Of a stretch of DNA of 64,000 nt, positions 40,656 through 50,701 are shown piece after piece (within the stretch, counting starts at the first letter, position 1; the number at the start of each line of letters is the position of its first letter). A program made the position numbers and the translations under genes. The stretch covers positions 512,001-576,000 of the forward strand of contig JAVVEA010000001.1 in the NCBI GenBank assembly GCA_032250835.1, given 5' to 3'. The notes under the pieces are model-generated. The model saw only the letters and a list, made by a program, of their open reading frames with translations, did no database searches and had not been told where the DNA came from. The stretch comes from a bacterium. Lineage in GTDB: Bacteria; SAR324; XYD2-FULL-50-16.

Positions 40656-41549
40656 CTACCCAGCGCCGATGCCGCCCCTTAACCCCAGAAAAAAGTCCTT
40701 TGGTGGCGCGCCGTGGTAGCGTTTGAACTCGCGGCTAAACTGGCTGACGCTTTCGTAGCCCACCTTGCGGGCCGCCTCGTTGACCCTCAGGCCGCTTTCG
40801 GTAATAAAGGTCCGGGCTTTGAGCAGGCGGATTTGTTTTAAGTATTGGATCGGTGAGGAATCGGTGACCTCTTTAAAAGTATGGTGGAAGGAGGAAACGC
40901 TCATGTTGACGGTCTTGGCCAGGGCTTCCACGTCCAGGGGTCGGTCGAAGTTAACGTGGATTTCCTTGAGCGCCATGTCGATTTTGGAGAGGTTGGTGTT
41001 GCGCATAGCTAGGGCATAAAGAGGTGCCGCCTTTTCGTCCTTGAGCAACTGAAAAATCAATTCCCTTAATATCCCTTCGCCTAAAATTTTGGTTTCCGTT
41101 GGCTTTTGCAGCAGCTGAACCAGCCGGAAAAGGATGTCTTTAAGCGCCGGGACGAGGTCCGCAATATAAAGCCCGCAATCCTTTTCGCTGGATTTATACC
41201 GGCTGAAGTCAACGGAACTGCCCATCAAATGGATGATGTTATTTAAGGTCGGGATGTCGATATCCAAAACCAACGCCAGCAAAGGCTTACCGGGCTTGAT
41301 GGAAGTTTCGCAGGCTAAAGGTAGCGGGACGGTGAGCACCAGATACTTGGCTGGATCGTAGGATAGGACCAAATCTTTAGCGTAAATTTTCTTTTCTCCT
41401 TGAAGGACAAAGATAATCCCTTGATTATATAACAACGTAGCCCTTCCATGGGAGTGGTCGTCTTTGTAGATACCCACCTGGGGCAATAAAGTCTGGTTGT
41501 AGCCCTGCTTAACCGCCAGCTGAGCGGCCAAATGAATGATTTGTTGCAC
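40656..41549 (-). CDS. AraC family regulator (YqhC-like)
   Basis: AraC N-terminal domain (VLQGEK) and MSVSSFHHTFK...SPIQYLK...VGYESVSQFSREFKR; GTG start after GGAG. Confidence 0.9.
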   Translation of the reverse strand: MQQIIHLAAQLAVKQGYNQTLLPQVGIYKDDHSHGRATLLYNQGIIFVLQGEKKIYAKDLVLSYDPAKYLVLTVPLPLACETSIKPGKPLLALVLDIDIPTLNNIIHLMGSSVDFSRYKSSEKDCGLYIADLVPALKDILFRLVQLLQKPTETKILGEGILRELIFQLLKDEKAAPLYALAMRNTNLSKIDMALKEIHVNFDRPLDVEALAKTVNMSVSSFHHTFKEVTDSSPIQYLKQIRLLKARTFITESGLRVNEAARKVGYESVSQFSREFKRYHGAPPKDFFLGLRGGIGAG

Positions 41550-41728
41550 CTTACGCTCCACTTCCTGTTTTCTTAAAGGATAACACACAATCCCCTTTGC
41601 GGCATGCCTAAAAATACAAATTTTGCAGGAATAGGTATGAAATAGGCAGGTTTGTGTATTTAAACTCAAGGTAGCCTGGATATAACATAAAGGCACAAAT
41701 TCAAAAACCTCAAGCTACAGGAACCCAA

Positions 41729-42703
41729 ATGGCAGAACCCATCAAAACGCTCTACTTACCCTCGGTCTTAGAAAAGCACGCCCAAGACCTGAGCGGCAAA
41801 GTGGTGGCCATCACCGGCACGACCAGCGGAACCGGCTTTATCGCCGCCCGGGAACTGGCCAAAAAAGGCGCAGAGGTGATCTTGTTAAACCGCGAAAGCC
41901 CCCGCGCCGAGCAGGCCTTAAAAGACCTCCAAGCGGCGGTCCCTGGGGCAGAATTTGAGGCCATCCCCTGCGACTTAGCCAGCTTCAAAAGCGTAAATCA
42001 GGCCTGCGAGCGCATTTTGTCCAACCACGGGGTTCTCGACGTGCTGATCAACAACGCTGCCGTGATGGCCCTAAAAGACTACGCCACCGAAGACGGCTGT
42101 GACATCCAAATGCAAACCAATGTCCTCTCGCATTTCTTGATCACCCGGCGGTTGTTCCCTTTGCTGAAAAAAAGCCGCCAGGGCCGCATCGTCAACCATT
42201 CGTCTATGGCGCGGATGGGCGAGCCCTTAGAGCTAAAATACTTTGGTAAAAATGGCGGGGAGCTGGGCGGCGACGGCACCGAGCAAGACAATCTGGGCTT
42301 TACCGGACCCCGGTGGCAACGCTACCACCAAAGCAAACTGGCCAACTTTGCCTTCACCTATGCCTTAAAAGCTCGTCTCGAACAGGCAGGCATCAACCAC
42401 GTCATCACGCTGGTCGCCCATCCTGGGTTGGCCTTGACCAGCTTGGCGGCGACGACGGCCAAAACGGGCGGCATGGATAAAGACGCGGAGTTGATGACCC
42501 AAGCCCAGTCAGCCGAAGACGGCGCGGCGGGGATCATCCGCGCGGCCATGGACCCTCAAGCCAAGTCCGGTGATTTTTATGGCCCAGAGCTTTGGACCGG
42601 CTTTCCAGACCTACGCGAGCCTGAAGCAGAACTCCTCAGCCGAGAAAACCTCGAAACCACCTGGAAGGGCTGCGAAGCTGCCGTAGGAACCTTTACTCTC
42701 TAG
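41729..42703 (+). CDS. Short-chain dehydrogenase/reductase
   Basis: TGTTSGTG, LINNAA, YHQSK, AHPG; divergent from the AraC gene. Confidence 0.9.
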   Translation: MAEPIKTLYLPSVLEKHAQDLSGKVVAITGTTSGTGFIAARELAKKGAEVILLNRESPRAEQALKDLQAAVPGAEFEAIPCDLASFKSVNQACERILSNHGVLDVLINNAAVMALKDYATEDGCDIQMQTNVLSHFLITRRLFPLLKKSRQGRIVNHSSMARMGEPLELKYFGKNGGELGGDGTEQDNLGFTGPRWQRYHQSKLANFAFTYALKARLEQAGINHVITLVAHPGLALTSLAATTAKTGGMDKDAELMTQAQSAEDGAAGIIRAAMDPQAKSGDFYGPELWTGFPDLREPEAELLSRENLETTWKGCEAAVGTFTL

Positions 42704-42989
42704 CACCCAAGGGCCCCCGCGGCCTGGGGGTCCAATCCATCGTTCCGCATCATTCCGGCCCGAGAGGCCTGATTTAATCCAGCTAAATGCGGAGTGAATG
42801 GGTCGCGAAAAAACCTAACCTTCCGCCGAACCGGAGGGGTGCCCCATAAAGTCCAGGGTCTAGCTCTGGTCCCTCCTGGCCCCAGTACGGAGGTTAGGGG
42901 ACTGGTGGTGTTTTTTCAGGTAAGAACTCCTGACCCTCCCTTTTTTTCAGATTATCTATCTGATTACATTTGACTTTAAAAATTACCAC

Positions 42990-43044
42990 TTTACAGACCG
43001 ACGGTCGGTCGATTATATTTTAATCACACCGACTAACGGTCGGT
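42990..43044 (+). promoter_or_regulatory. TetR autoregulatory operators overlapping the promoter
   Basis: Perfect palindrome GACCGAC-G-GTCGGTC (42996-43010) between TTTACA and TATATT; second site ACCGAC-N5-GTCGGT (43028-43044). Confidence 0.75.
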
Positions 43045-43083
43045 TTGCTTCTGTTCAAGGGATCATTTACCCAAAAGGTCGCC

Positions 43084-43710
43084 GTGGCTCGAACCGTAAA
43101 AAAAGCTTCCGAAAGACGCGCTGAAATCATTCAAGCTGCCCGAGAGCATTTCCAGACGGAAGATTTCCAAAAGCTCACGATGCAGAACTTGATGGAAAAG
43201 CTGAATATCGCCAAAGGCACGATCTATCATCACTTTAAATCTAAAGAAGAGATCCTTGAAGCGGTCGTGGAAGAGATGGTCGATGAAGAAGTGGCCCACC
43301 TCCGGGCTTTGCTCAAGGAGCATCAAGACCTAGCACCCATCGAAAAATTGGCCCTGTTGATTGCCGCAGGGCAAATGGCCGACGACCATGAAAAGCTTCT
43401 CGAAAACCTCCACCACCCCGAAAACGCAGCGATCCATGCCAGGCAGTTGGCCCGCCTTTTGTTAAAGATAGCGCCGCTTTATGCCTCGGTGATCCAAGAA
43501 GGCGTTCAAAAGGGGGTGTTTAAAACGGACCACCCCTTAGAATGCGCCGAATTGCTGCTCGGCGGCATCCAATTCCTAACCGATGAAGGTTTTTATCCCT
43601 GGGAAGCAGCGCACATATTGCGCCGGATGAACGCCATTCCCAGTATGGTTGAGAACTTGTTGGGAGCGCCGGTCGGCTCCTTTAACTTCTTAAACCAGGA
43701 GGCCCCATGA
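43084..43710 (+). CDS. TetR/AcrR family regulator
   Basis: RRAEII.AA...F...IAKGTIYHHFKSKEEIL HTH. Confidence 0.93.
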   Translation: MARTVKKASERRAEIIQAAREHFQTEDFQKLTMQNLMEKLNIAKGTIYHHFKSKEEILEAVVEEMVDEEVAHLRALLKEHQDLAPIEKLALLIAAGQMADDHEKLLENLHHPENAAIHARQLARLLLKIAPLYASVIQEGVQKGVFKTDHPLECAELLLGGIQFLTDEGFYPWEAAHILRRMNAIPSMVENLLGAPVGSFNFLNQEAP

Positions 43711-43879
43711 ATCGTTGGATTGACCAAGACCCCTTGGTGGATTGAGCGCCATCGCCGGGATCAGTGCGCTATTAGCCGATCTGTTGCTTCTACCGGCGCT
43801 GCTAACGACCTTTAACGTCACCTTTGCCGGGGACCGGCCAGCATCTAAGGTGCCCTTCGACAAAGGAGTAGTGCAATGA
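43707..43879 (+). pseudogene. Internally deleted MMPL/RND transporter remnant
   Basis: AGGAGG and ATGA-coupled start (MNRWIDQDP) joined out of frame to GLSAIAGISALLADLLLLPALL..., the typical last TM helix of MMPL proteins. Confidence 0.65.
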
Positions 43880-44018
43880 GTTGGTCATACCAGCTTAAAA
43901 ATCGGGTGGGTCTTCTGGGGCAGCGAGCTTCCCAACAGATGCTCCGGCGCAAAGGGGGATCAAGAATCCCCAAAAACCAACAATGAATCCGTCTCATCAT
44001 AAAACAAAGGGGAAGGCC

Positions 44019-45266
44019 ATGTGCATTCAAGGGAAGATATTCAAACGGATGATGCTGCTGGTCCTTATCGTTCTGGCCACCCCAGCCCAAGCCATCGAAC
44101 GCCGCAGAGCGCAGTTTTACACCGAAGAAAGTTACATGATCTTGCCCCTGCCCTACAGTATTCCAGGGATTGGTTCGGGACTGATGGGTATTGGCCTGCT
44201 GGGGAACGTGGGCGGGACCCACGCGGATGTCTACGCCCTGCAAATCACGGGCGACGCAACCGGCACCATCGCCGCGCTAGAAGAGGTGCACCTCATCCCT
44301 GAAACCCTCTGGGTCAGTTACTTTATCCAAGACCTGAGTCGTGCAGCCATTAACATCTACGAAAAACGGGGCATGGACACCCAGAAGGACGACTACCGCT
44401 TAGTAGAAGTCAACCAAGCCGACACGCGCCAGCCGGGGGTTACCTTGAGCCTGTGGGAGCGCCGGATTGAGCTTTCCTACCTGCACTTCGTCCAAAATGC
44501 TGCGGTCACCAAGATATACACGCCTGATGAAGAATTGATCAGTGAGTTTAGCCCCGCCTATGAATTTACCTCCGAGGCCACCTATATGATCGGGGTACTG
44601 GACTACACCGACGACAAACAAGACCCTCGGGTAGGTTTTCGCTTAGACTATACCCGCAGCCAGTCCCCGGCGACCAGCGAAGTCAACCCAGACTATTATA
44701 CCAGCAACGCCGGGGCCAGTGTGTACCTACCAGTCGGCAAGGCCAGCACCTGGGTGTTTAACTATTACCAGTCCGATGCGGTGGTGACCCGAGAGGGCAT
44801 CACCGATGAAGCCTACATCATCAACGAACTGGGTTTTAGCTGCGCCGACTCGGACACCACCTGTTTGGCCACCCAAGCCGACTTTGTGGCCGATTACCAA
44901 GCCCAGCGTAAATATGGCACCGCCGATAGCCTAGGCGGGCAAAATCGCCTCCGGGCCTATCCCCAGGGGCGCTACCAAGCAGCCCATATGCTTTACTATG
45001 GCACAGAGTTTCGCTGGAACTTTAACGAAGAGGTAACCCCCTTCGACTGGTGGATCTGGAAAGACGTTTCCACGGGCCTGCAACTGGCCTTTTTCTACGA
45101 AGCGGGCACCGTGGCCGAGCTCAAAAGCGACCTGGGCACCGCCATGCGCAGCAGCTCCGGCGTAGGCCTTCGGATGGTGTCGGGTTCGGGATATGTTTAC
45201 CGGTTCGACGTCGCCTCGGGCCAAGAAGGCAGCAACACCACCATGATCTTTGCCTACCCTTGGTAG
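44019..45266 (+). CDS. Outer-membrane beta-barrel protein, Omp85/TamA-like
   Basis: Signal peptide; LGG..RLRAYP.GRY loop, EFRW, G.GLR, terminal aromatic residue (YPW). Confidence 0.7.
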   Translation: MCIQGKIFKRMMLLVLIVLATPAQAIERRRAQFYTEESYMILPLPYSIPGIGSGLMGIGLLGNVGGTHADVYALQITGDATGTIAALEEVHLIPETLWVSYFIQDLSRAAINIYEKRGMDTQKDDYRLVEVNQADTRQPGVTLSLWERRIELSYLHFVQNAAVTKIYTPDEELISEFSPAYEFTSEATYMIGVLDYTDDKQDPRVGFRLDYTRSQSPATSEVNPDYYTSNAGASVYLPVGKASTWVFNYYQSDAVVTREGITDEAYIINELGFSCADSDTTCLATQADFVADYQAQRKYGTADSLGGQNRLRAYPQGRYQAAHMLYYGTEFRWNFNEEVTPFDWWIWKDVSTGLQLAFFYEAGTVAELKSDLGTAMRSSSGVGLRMVSGSGYVYRFDVASGQEGSNTTMIFAYPW

Positions 45267-45488
45267 GTCTGGATACCCAGGTCAGGCCCTAATAGCGCCA
45301 AAGTGGCCCCGTTCTCATTGGAAATGAGTTTAGAGAAATGCTGTCGGTGCTTTTGGGTTTCGGCGGTTCCAAGCAACTAAGGCAAAATAGGGTGCCCCTG
45401 ACGGGGGGCTTAAAAGAAGCTCAGGGGGATCTAGCTTTTTATTTGGCTCGGTGTGAAAATAGCGGCGAACCTTCTTGCAGGAAACGCT

Positions 45489-45950
45489 ATGGAACACCTT
45501 ACTGACCTTCTTAAAGAAGAGCGCCGCTGGCTGACGTTGGCGGTTTCGCATATCATTCTGGCCGATGGTGTGGCTGAAACCATCGAAAAAGAATACCTAA
45601 AAAAACTCATGCGCAACATTTTTCTTGGCGATACCAAGGAGGTCTTACCGGAAATCCAGGCCCTTTTCCGCGCCAAGACCCTGCCGCCGCTCGAAAAAAT
45701 CAAGGTATCCGACCTCGACCACCTGATTTACATGCTCGACATCATAGCCTTTTCGGTCTTTGTTAACGGCAAAAAGCCGCAGACTCAAACGGCCAAGTAT
45801 TTTGAGGCCGGCAAGGCGTTGGGGGTGAATATAGGAACCCTGTCTTTTCGTCTGAGCTTAGAGGCCGAAAAATTCCGGGTGGAGCGTAAGCTAGAACAGA
45901 TAAAATTGGACATAAAAAAGGACCGCATGAGAACCTTGCAGGTCGACTAA
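45489..45950 (+). CDS. Hypothetical protein, TerB-like
   Basis: ILADG....EKEYL motif resembles the TerB ADG...E repeat. Confidence 0.5.
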   Translation: MEHLTDLLKEERRWLTLAVSHIILADGVAETIEKEYLKKLMRNIFLGDTKEVLPEIQALFRAKTLPPLEKIKVSDLDHLIYMLDIIAFSVFVNGKKPQTQTAKYFEAGKALGVNIGTLSFRLSLEAEKFRVERKLEQIKLDIKKDRMRTLQVD

Positions 45951-46033
45951 ATCCTGTTTGATCTTGAAATCTATTACCTAACTATACTCGGACGCTTGGT
46001 CCGGCCTGTTTTGAGCTAACCCCCAATCGGAGG

Positions 46034-47107
46034 TTATTTTAGAGGCTGGTGCAAGCTTAAAAAGACATCCGATTGGTGGTATTCGATTTGTGATTTGATC
46101 CGCTCGATCTCCACGGCCTCGTTGCCCGCATCTTTGATCATCGCCAAGGCCGCATTTAGCTCTAAGATGTCCGGTGCCCGTCCCAAGGCGGAGCGGTAGG
46201 TGTTACGGATGCGCTCTAGCCTCATGGGAGTCGCTACCTCTAATAAGCTCTTGATGGTCTCGATCCCCCGGCTTTGAAGAAGCTTTAAAATCGGGTTCAG
46301 GTCTTTTATGGCGCATTTCACCCCGATTTCCATGAATACCTTGGGTAGGTTTTCAAAAGCCAGCAGGTCGGAATCTTGGTAGGTAGCGATTTCTTGGTTA
46401 TGGATCAGTTCTTCGTACAAAAGGTTAAACTGCTCGTCGATGGCGCTGATCTGCCTACTTAAAATTTGCAATCTCCGTTTTGCTGAGAAGTGGGTTCGGT
46501 TTTCTGGTTTATAGGCCAGAACATGCTCCAACTCACTCCAAAGCTCTTGGGCCATGGTTCTAACCTGAATCTCAAAGTAGGGCCGCTCCTGGATAGGCAC
46601 CGAGCTATTGGCCAGACGTACCGTATAATGCACCGAGGTATAGCCGCTTTCTTTGCTTTTCTGCTCGATGTGCGTCAGGCCAAACCGGCTGTGTAACTCA
46701 GGGCTGATGTAGGCTTCTGGCAAAAAGGACTCAGAAAGCTCAAAGAGCCCCGAACTACGGATTTCCTTGTCGATCAACGGTAGCTGCGAAGGAAAATAGA
46801 CGATCACCCGCACCCCTAGGGCATCGGGCATCTGCAAAAAACTGTTGGGCGAAAGGCCCTCAGGGAACAGGCGGGGCTTGCGGAAGACCTTATCCACCAC
46901 CTTTTCGGGGTGTTTGATCCGAACCAGAGACATCCGGATCGGTGAAGGCGTAGCGACCCCCTGGCTGAGCGCGTATTTTTCCCAATACTCCGAATGTTCC
47001 CATCTTTTTAAGAGCTCTGAAACCTCTTCAAGGGTGGGCTTTAATATGTGCAATTCATATTGCTCATATTCCCGTAAAAACTTCTTTAGGTCACTGTTTT
47101 GCTTCAT
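46034..47107 (-). CDS. RelA/SpoT-domain small alarmone synthetase with C-terminal extension
   Basis: RIK...K, D.LGVRVI, SGYTSVHY, EIQVRT...WSELEH..YK. Confidence 0.88.
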   Translation of the reverse strand: MKQNSDLKKFLREYEQYELHILKPTLEEVSELLKRWEHSEYWEKYALSQGVATPSPIRMSLVRIKHPEKVVDKVFRKPRLFPEGLSPNSFLQMPDALGVRVIVYFPSQLPLIDKEIRSSGLFELSESFLPEAYISPELHSRFGLTHIEQKSKESGYTSVHYTVRLANSSVPIQERPYFEIQVRTMAQELWSELEHVLAYKPENRTHFSAKRRLQILSRQISAIDEQFNLLYEELIHNQEIATYQDSDLLAFENLPKVFMEIGVKCAIKDLNPILKLLQSRGIETIKSLLEVATPMRLERIRNTYRSALGRAPDILELNAALAMIKDAGNEAVEIERIKSQIEYHQSDVFLSLHQPLK

Positions 47108-47583
47108 ATAGAGCAAGAGGGGAAAGGATTAACAAGCGCCGCTAACCTGTTTTTAATTTATAAATCCTCCCAAACGAAGCGCTCGCGTGATTTTAGCTCG
47201 CCAAGGGGATTTTGAATAGAAGAAAGGGATTCGCCGAAACCTGGGGAACGGGGGCTTGCTTTTAAGGGGCAGGCCAGAGCAAATGAGGATAAATTACGAA
47301 AAACTTGTTTCTATATTGCCACTCTCAGCCGTTGCGGCCATCATCAAGGGGTTCGTGCGACATCCCAGGGGGGTCTCAGGCCAGCTCGATGGGCTAGCGC
47401 ACAGAAAGAGTCAAAAATACTACAACGCACCCAAGGTCCTAAAACCTCCTCACCGAGGCCAAAACCTAGCCCCTGCGCCCTTAGAATATCTTAAAGGCTT
47501 GCCAACGGTTGAAAGGGCTGTGACATTTTACTTTGATAAAGCTCCCTTCAACTCAATCTCCTCAGTTAAACCCACCCATACCC

Positions 47584-47913
47584 ATGAGCCAAAACCAAAC
47601 GCCCTATTTTGTCACCATCGTCACCACTGAATTTTCGGGCAAAGATCCGGTCGGTTATGACCAATACCGCGCCGAGCTTTCGGCGGTCGTCTCTAGCCAA
47701 CCGGGCTTTATGCGGTCCGAGACGGTCCATAATGGGGAGCAGACCGTCAGCCTGACCTACTGGGAAAGCGAAGCCGCCATGCAGACTTGGGCCTCCTCAC
47801 CGGCGCACCAAGAAACCAAGAAAAAGAGCCATGCCGGGGGCTGGTATAAGTCCTTACGCCTAGAAATCGCTCAAGTGACCACCGCCATGGAATTCCCGCC
47901 GCGAAAGGGCTGA
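47584..47913 (+). CDS. Antibiotic biosynthesis monooxygenase (ABM) family protein
   Basis: QPGF, SLTYWESE.A...W...H, WY. Confidence 0.8.
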   Translation: MSQNQTPYFVTIVTTEFSGKDPVGYDQYRAELSAVVSSQPGFMRSETVHNGEQTVSLTYWESEAAMQTWASSPAHQETKKKSHAGGWYKSLRLEIAQVTTAMEFPPRKG

Positions 47914-48140
47914 AAACCAGGTCGGCGGCGCGGTGCCAGTTGGGGCAAAAAAGACCGCAGGCTTGCTGGCAAAGGCCAGCCACAAAGCCTCTGTCCCTAG
48001 GACGCCGTCCAGCCCTTGGGGAACCCTCGGGTCTAAAATCCGGTGCCCCTTGGGCGGATTGAAGGCACGAACCCGCCTCCTCCCGCTGTTTTAGCCAGGG
48101 GTTCTAAAGGCCTAGAGCATTCCCCCTATTGGCTTTAGGT

Positions 48141-49031
48141 CTAAGCGAGGGAATTTAGGTAATCTAAAAAGAGCTGTGCGGTGGGGCTTAGTTTTTTTCC
48201 CGTTGGGGTGATCACAAACAAATCGCGCTCTGGCTGCATATGGTCGATCTCTTTGGCCAAGAGTTGCCCCCTTTTGAGCTCCTCTTCGCTCGAGGCCAGC
48301 GAGACAATGGCCACGCCCATTTGATGGGCCACCGCTTTTTTCAGCGCTTCGGCACCGCCCAACTCGGCCACTACATTTAAATGCCCGGGAGCCAAACCCA
48401 GGGCTTTAAACCTCCCCAAAATCACCTCTCTGGTCCCAGAGCTATCCTCACGCAGCAAAAGCGGCTCCTGGGCCAACTCCTCTAAGGCTATGCTAGAGCG
48501 ATCCCGCCAGCGGTGATTGGGCGCTAAGATCAAGACCAATCGATCCTTTTTCCAAGCCTTCCAGCGCAACCCGCCGACCCCCAGCTTAGCCCCCACCAAG
48601 CCAATCTCGGCTTGTCCTTCTAGCACCTGATTGCAGACCAGCCGGGTGTTCGAAAGAATCAACCGGGGCCGGATATGGCCGTTGGCACGGCAGAAGGCGG
48701 CCAATAGGCTGGGCAAGATGTAATTTCCCGGTAGGCTGCTGGCGGCGAGCAGCAATTCGGTGGTTTGGCTGGCCTGTAACTGGCTCAAATCGGCTAGGGC
48801 GGCTTCTTTGAGGGCTAAGATTTGGGTCGCGTAGTTGGCCAAAGTTTTTCCGGCTAAAGTCAGCCGCACTCCGTGGCTGCCCCGCTGGAACAGGGCTTGG
48901 CCAAATTGTTTTTCTAAGGCGGCAATGGCTTCGCTCACTCGGGGCTGTGAAAGCCCCAAACTCTTGGCCGTGGCGGTAAAGCTTTGGGCCTCGATCAAGG
49001 CCAGAAATATTTTTAGCTGCGCGTCTTTCAT
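48141..49031 (-). CDS. LysR family regulator, selenium-metabolism/CysL-like type
   Basis: SFTATA..L.LSQP.VS..I..LE HTH; ASSLPGNYILP, REDSSGTR. Confidence 0.9.
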   Translation of the reverse strand: MKDAQLKIFLALIEAQSFTATAKSLGLSQPRVSEAIAALEKQFGQALFQRGSHGVRLTLAGKTLANYATQILALKEAALADLSQLQASQTTELLLAASSLPGNYILPSLLAAFCRANGHIRPRLILSNTRLVCNQVLEGQAEIGLVGAKLGVGGLRWKAWKKDRLVLILAPNHRWRDRSSIALEELAQEPLLLREDSSGTREVILGRFKALGLAPGHLNVVAELGGAEALKKAVAHQMGVAIVSLASSEEELKRGQLLAKEIDHMQPERDLFVITPTGKKLSPTAQLFLDYLNSLA

Positions 49032-49041
49032 GGGCTCACAA

Positions 49042-49089
49042 TATCGCCTAATCCGATAATTTTCATCCTAAATATACGATAACCCGTAT
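49042..49089. promoter_or_regulatory. Candidate LysR binding sites
   Basis: TATCG-N7-CGATA (T-N11-A core, 49042-49058) and ATACG-N6-CGTAT (49074-49089) in the divergent intergenic region. Confidence 0.6.
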
Positions 49090-49185
49090 GGTCGTAAAAA
49101 GAGTGTTCCCAAAAATTGTCTTCGCCCCTAAATGCTGATAGGAATCCAGATCAACCCATTTTTTAGAATCCCTAGGAAGACCTAC

Positions 49186-50040
49186 ATGAAAGCTTTATTC
49201 ACCCTCTTAGTTTCCCTTTTATTGTTGGCTCAGCCCTTGTTGGCTTTAGAGCTAAAGTTTAGTGCCATCCCCGACCAAGATACGGACCGCTTAGAGCAGC
49301 GGTTCTCCAAGGTGGCCCAATACCTTAGTGAGAAGTTACAAATCAAGGTAACCTACGTCCCCGTAAAGTCTTATGCCGCCTCGGTGGCCGCCTTTAAGAA
49401 CAATGAGATCCAGCTGAGCTGGTTTGGGGGGCTTTCTGGGGTGCAAGCGCGGTTGGCGGTCCCGGGCTCAACGGCCATCGCCCAAGGCAAAGAGGATCAA
49501 GAATTTGTGACCTATTTTATCGCCCACCACAGCACCGGCTTAAAGCCCGCCGCCGAACTGCCCAAAGCCCTGACCGGTAAGACCTTTACCTTCGGTTCAA
49601 AAGGCTCCACTTCGGGCCGCTTGATGCCTGAGTATTATCTCCGCGAACAGTTTAAGCAGGACCCCAGGGAGTTGTTCAAACGAGTCGGCTTTAGCGGGGA
49701 CCACTCCAAAACCATTGCCTTAGTGCAGTCCGGTGCCTACCAAGTTGGGGCCGTGAATTTTCAGGTCTATGAGCAGGAACTAAAAGAAGGCAAGGTTGAC
49801 CCGAAAAAGGTCCGCGTGATCTGGAAAACCCCCACCTACCCTGATTACAACTGGTCGATTAGAGGAGATGTAGACGAGGTTTATGGAGCGGGATTTACCA
49901 AAAAAGTCCAACAGGCCCTGCTTGAACTTACCGACCCCGACATCTTGGCCAGCTTCCCCCGAAGCGCCTTTATTGAGGCCGACAACGGGCTGTATGAGCC
50001 TATTTTGACAACCGGCGAGGCCATTGGGATCTTGCGCTAA
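49186..50040 (+). CDS. PhnD-like ABC substrate-binding protein, putative selenate type
   Basis: FSAIPDQ, WFGGLSGVQAR, FTFGSKGSTSGRLMP, GFSGDHSKT, TPTYPDYNW. Confidence 0.85.
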   Translation: MKALFTLLVSLLLLAQPLLALELKFSAIPDQDTDRLEQRFSKVAQYLSEKLQIKVTYVPVKSYAASVAAFKNNEIQLSWFGGLSGVQARLAVPGSTAIAQGKEDQEFVTYFIAHHSTGLKPAAELPKALTGKTFTFGSKGSTSGRLMPEYYLREQFKQDPRELFKRVGFSGDHSKTIALVQSGAYQVGAVNFQVYEQELKEGKVDPKKVRVIWKTPTYPDYNWSIRGDVDEVYGAGFTKKVQQALLELTDPDILASFPRSAFIEADNGLYEPILTTGEAIGILR

Positions 50041-50041
50041 C

Positions 50042-50701
50042 ATGCAGCCGATCTTTGACCTTAAGGGCTTTAATCTCGACTTTGGGGAACATCAAGTCCT
50101 TAAAGGCATTAACCTAAAGATCGAAAGAGGGGAAAAAGTCGCGCTTATCGGCCCCAGTGGGGCCGGTAAGACGACTTTGTTAAAGGAGCTATTTGCCCAA
50201 GCCGCAGAGCCCAAGGCCTTTGTTCCCCAAGCCCAGGCGATGGTGGCGCAACTGAGCCTCTTCCACAATGTCTATATAGGGGCCTTGGACCACCACTCCT
50301 TTTTTGTGAATCTGCTGAACTTACTGGTCCCGCAAGCAAAAATGAAGCAGAAGATCCTGCCGATTTTGCGGAACCTGGGGATTGAGCAACGAATCTTTGA
50401 ATCCATTGGCTCCTTTTCGGGCGGCGAGCAACAGCGGGCCGCCATAGCCAGGGGACTGTTTCGGCCCGCAGATTTATTGCTGGCCGATGAACCCGTTTCT
50501 TCCTTGGACCCGGTTAAGGCAGGCTCGGCTATCGACCTGATGCTGCGCGAAAAAGAAACGGTGATCCTGTCGCTGCATTCGGTTGACCTAGCCTTAAGCA
50601 AAGCCCAGCGAATCATCGGCCTGAAGGCCGGTCAAATCCTCTTTGACCGGCCCCAGGGTGCGGTAACCCCAGCGGACCTCAAGCAGCTATACCAGCCATG
50701 A
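50042..50701 (+). CDS. PhnC-like ABC ATP-binding protein
   Basis: GPSGAGKT, FSGGEQQR, LLADEPVSSLDP. Confidence 0.92.
   Translation: MQPIFDLKGFNLDFGEHQVLKGINLKIERGEKVALIGPSGAGKTTLLKELFAQAAEPKAFVPQAQAMVAQLSLFHNVYIGALDHHSFFVNLLNLLVPQAKMKQKILPILRNLGIEQRIFESIGSFSGGEQQRAAIARGLFRPADLLLADEPVSSLDPVKAGSAIDLMLREKETVILSLHSVDLALSKAQRIIGLKAGQILFDRPQGAVTPADLKQLYQP

Noticed and set aside
47256-47630. 124-aa ORF upstream of the ABM gene
   Set aside because: It overlaps the ABM start and has no recognisable motif; probably spurious or decayed.
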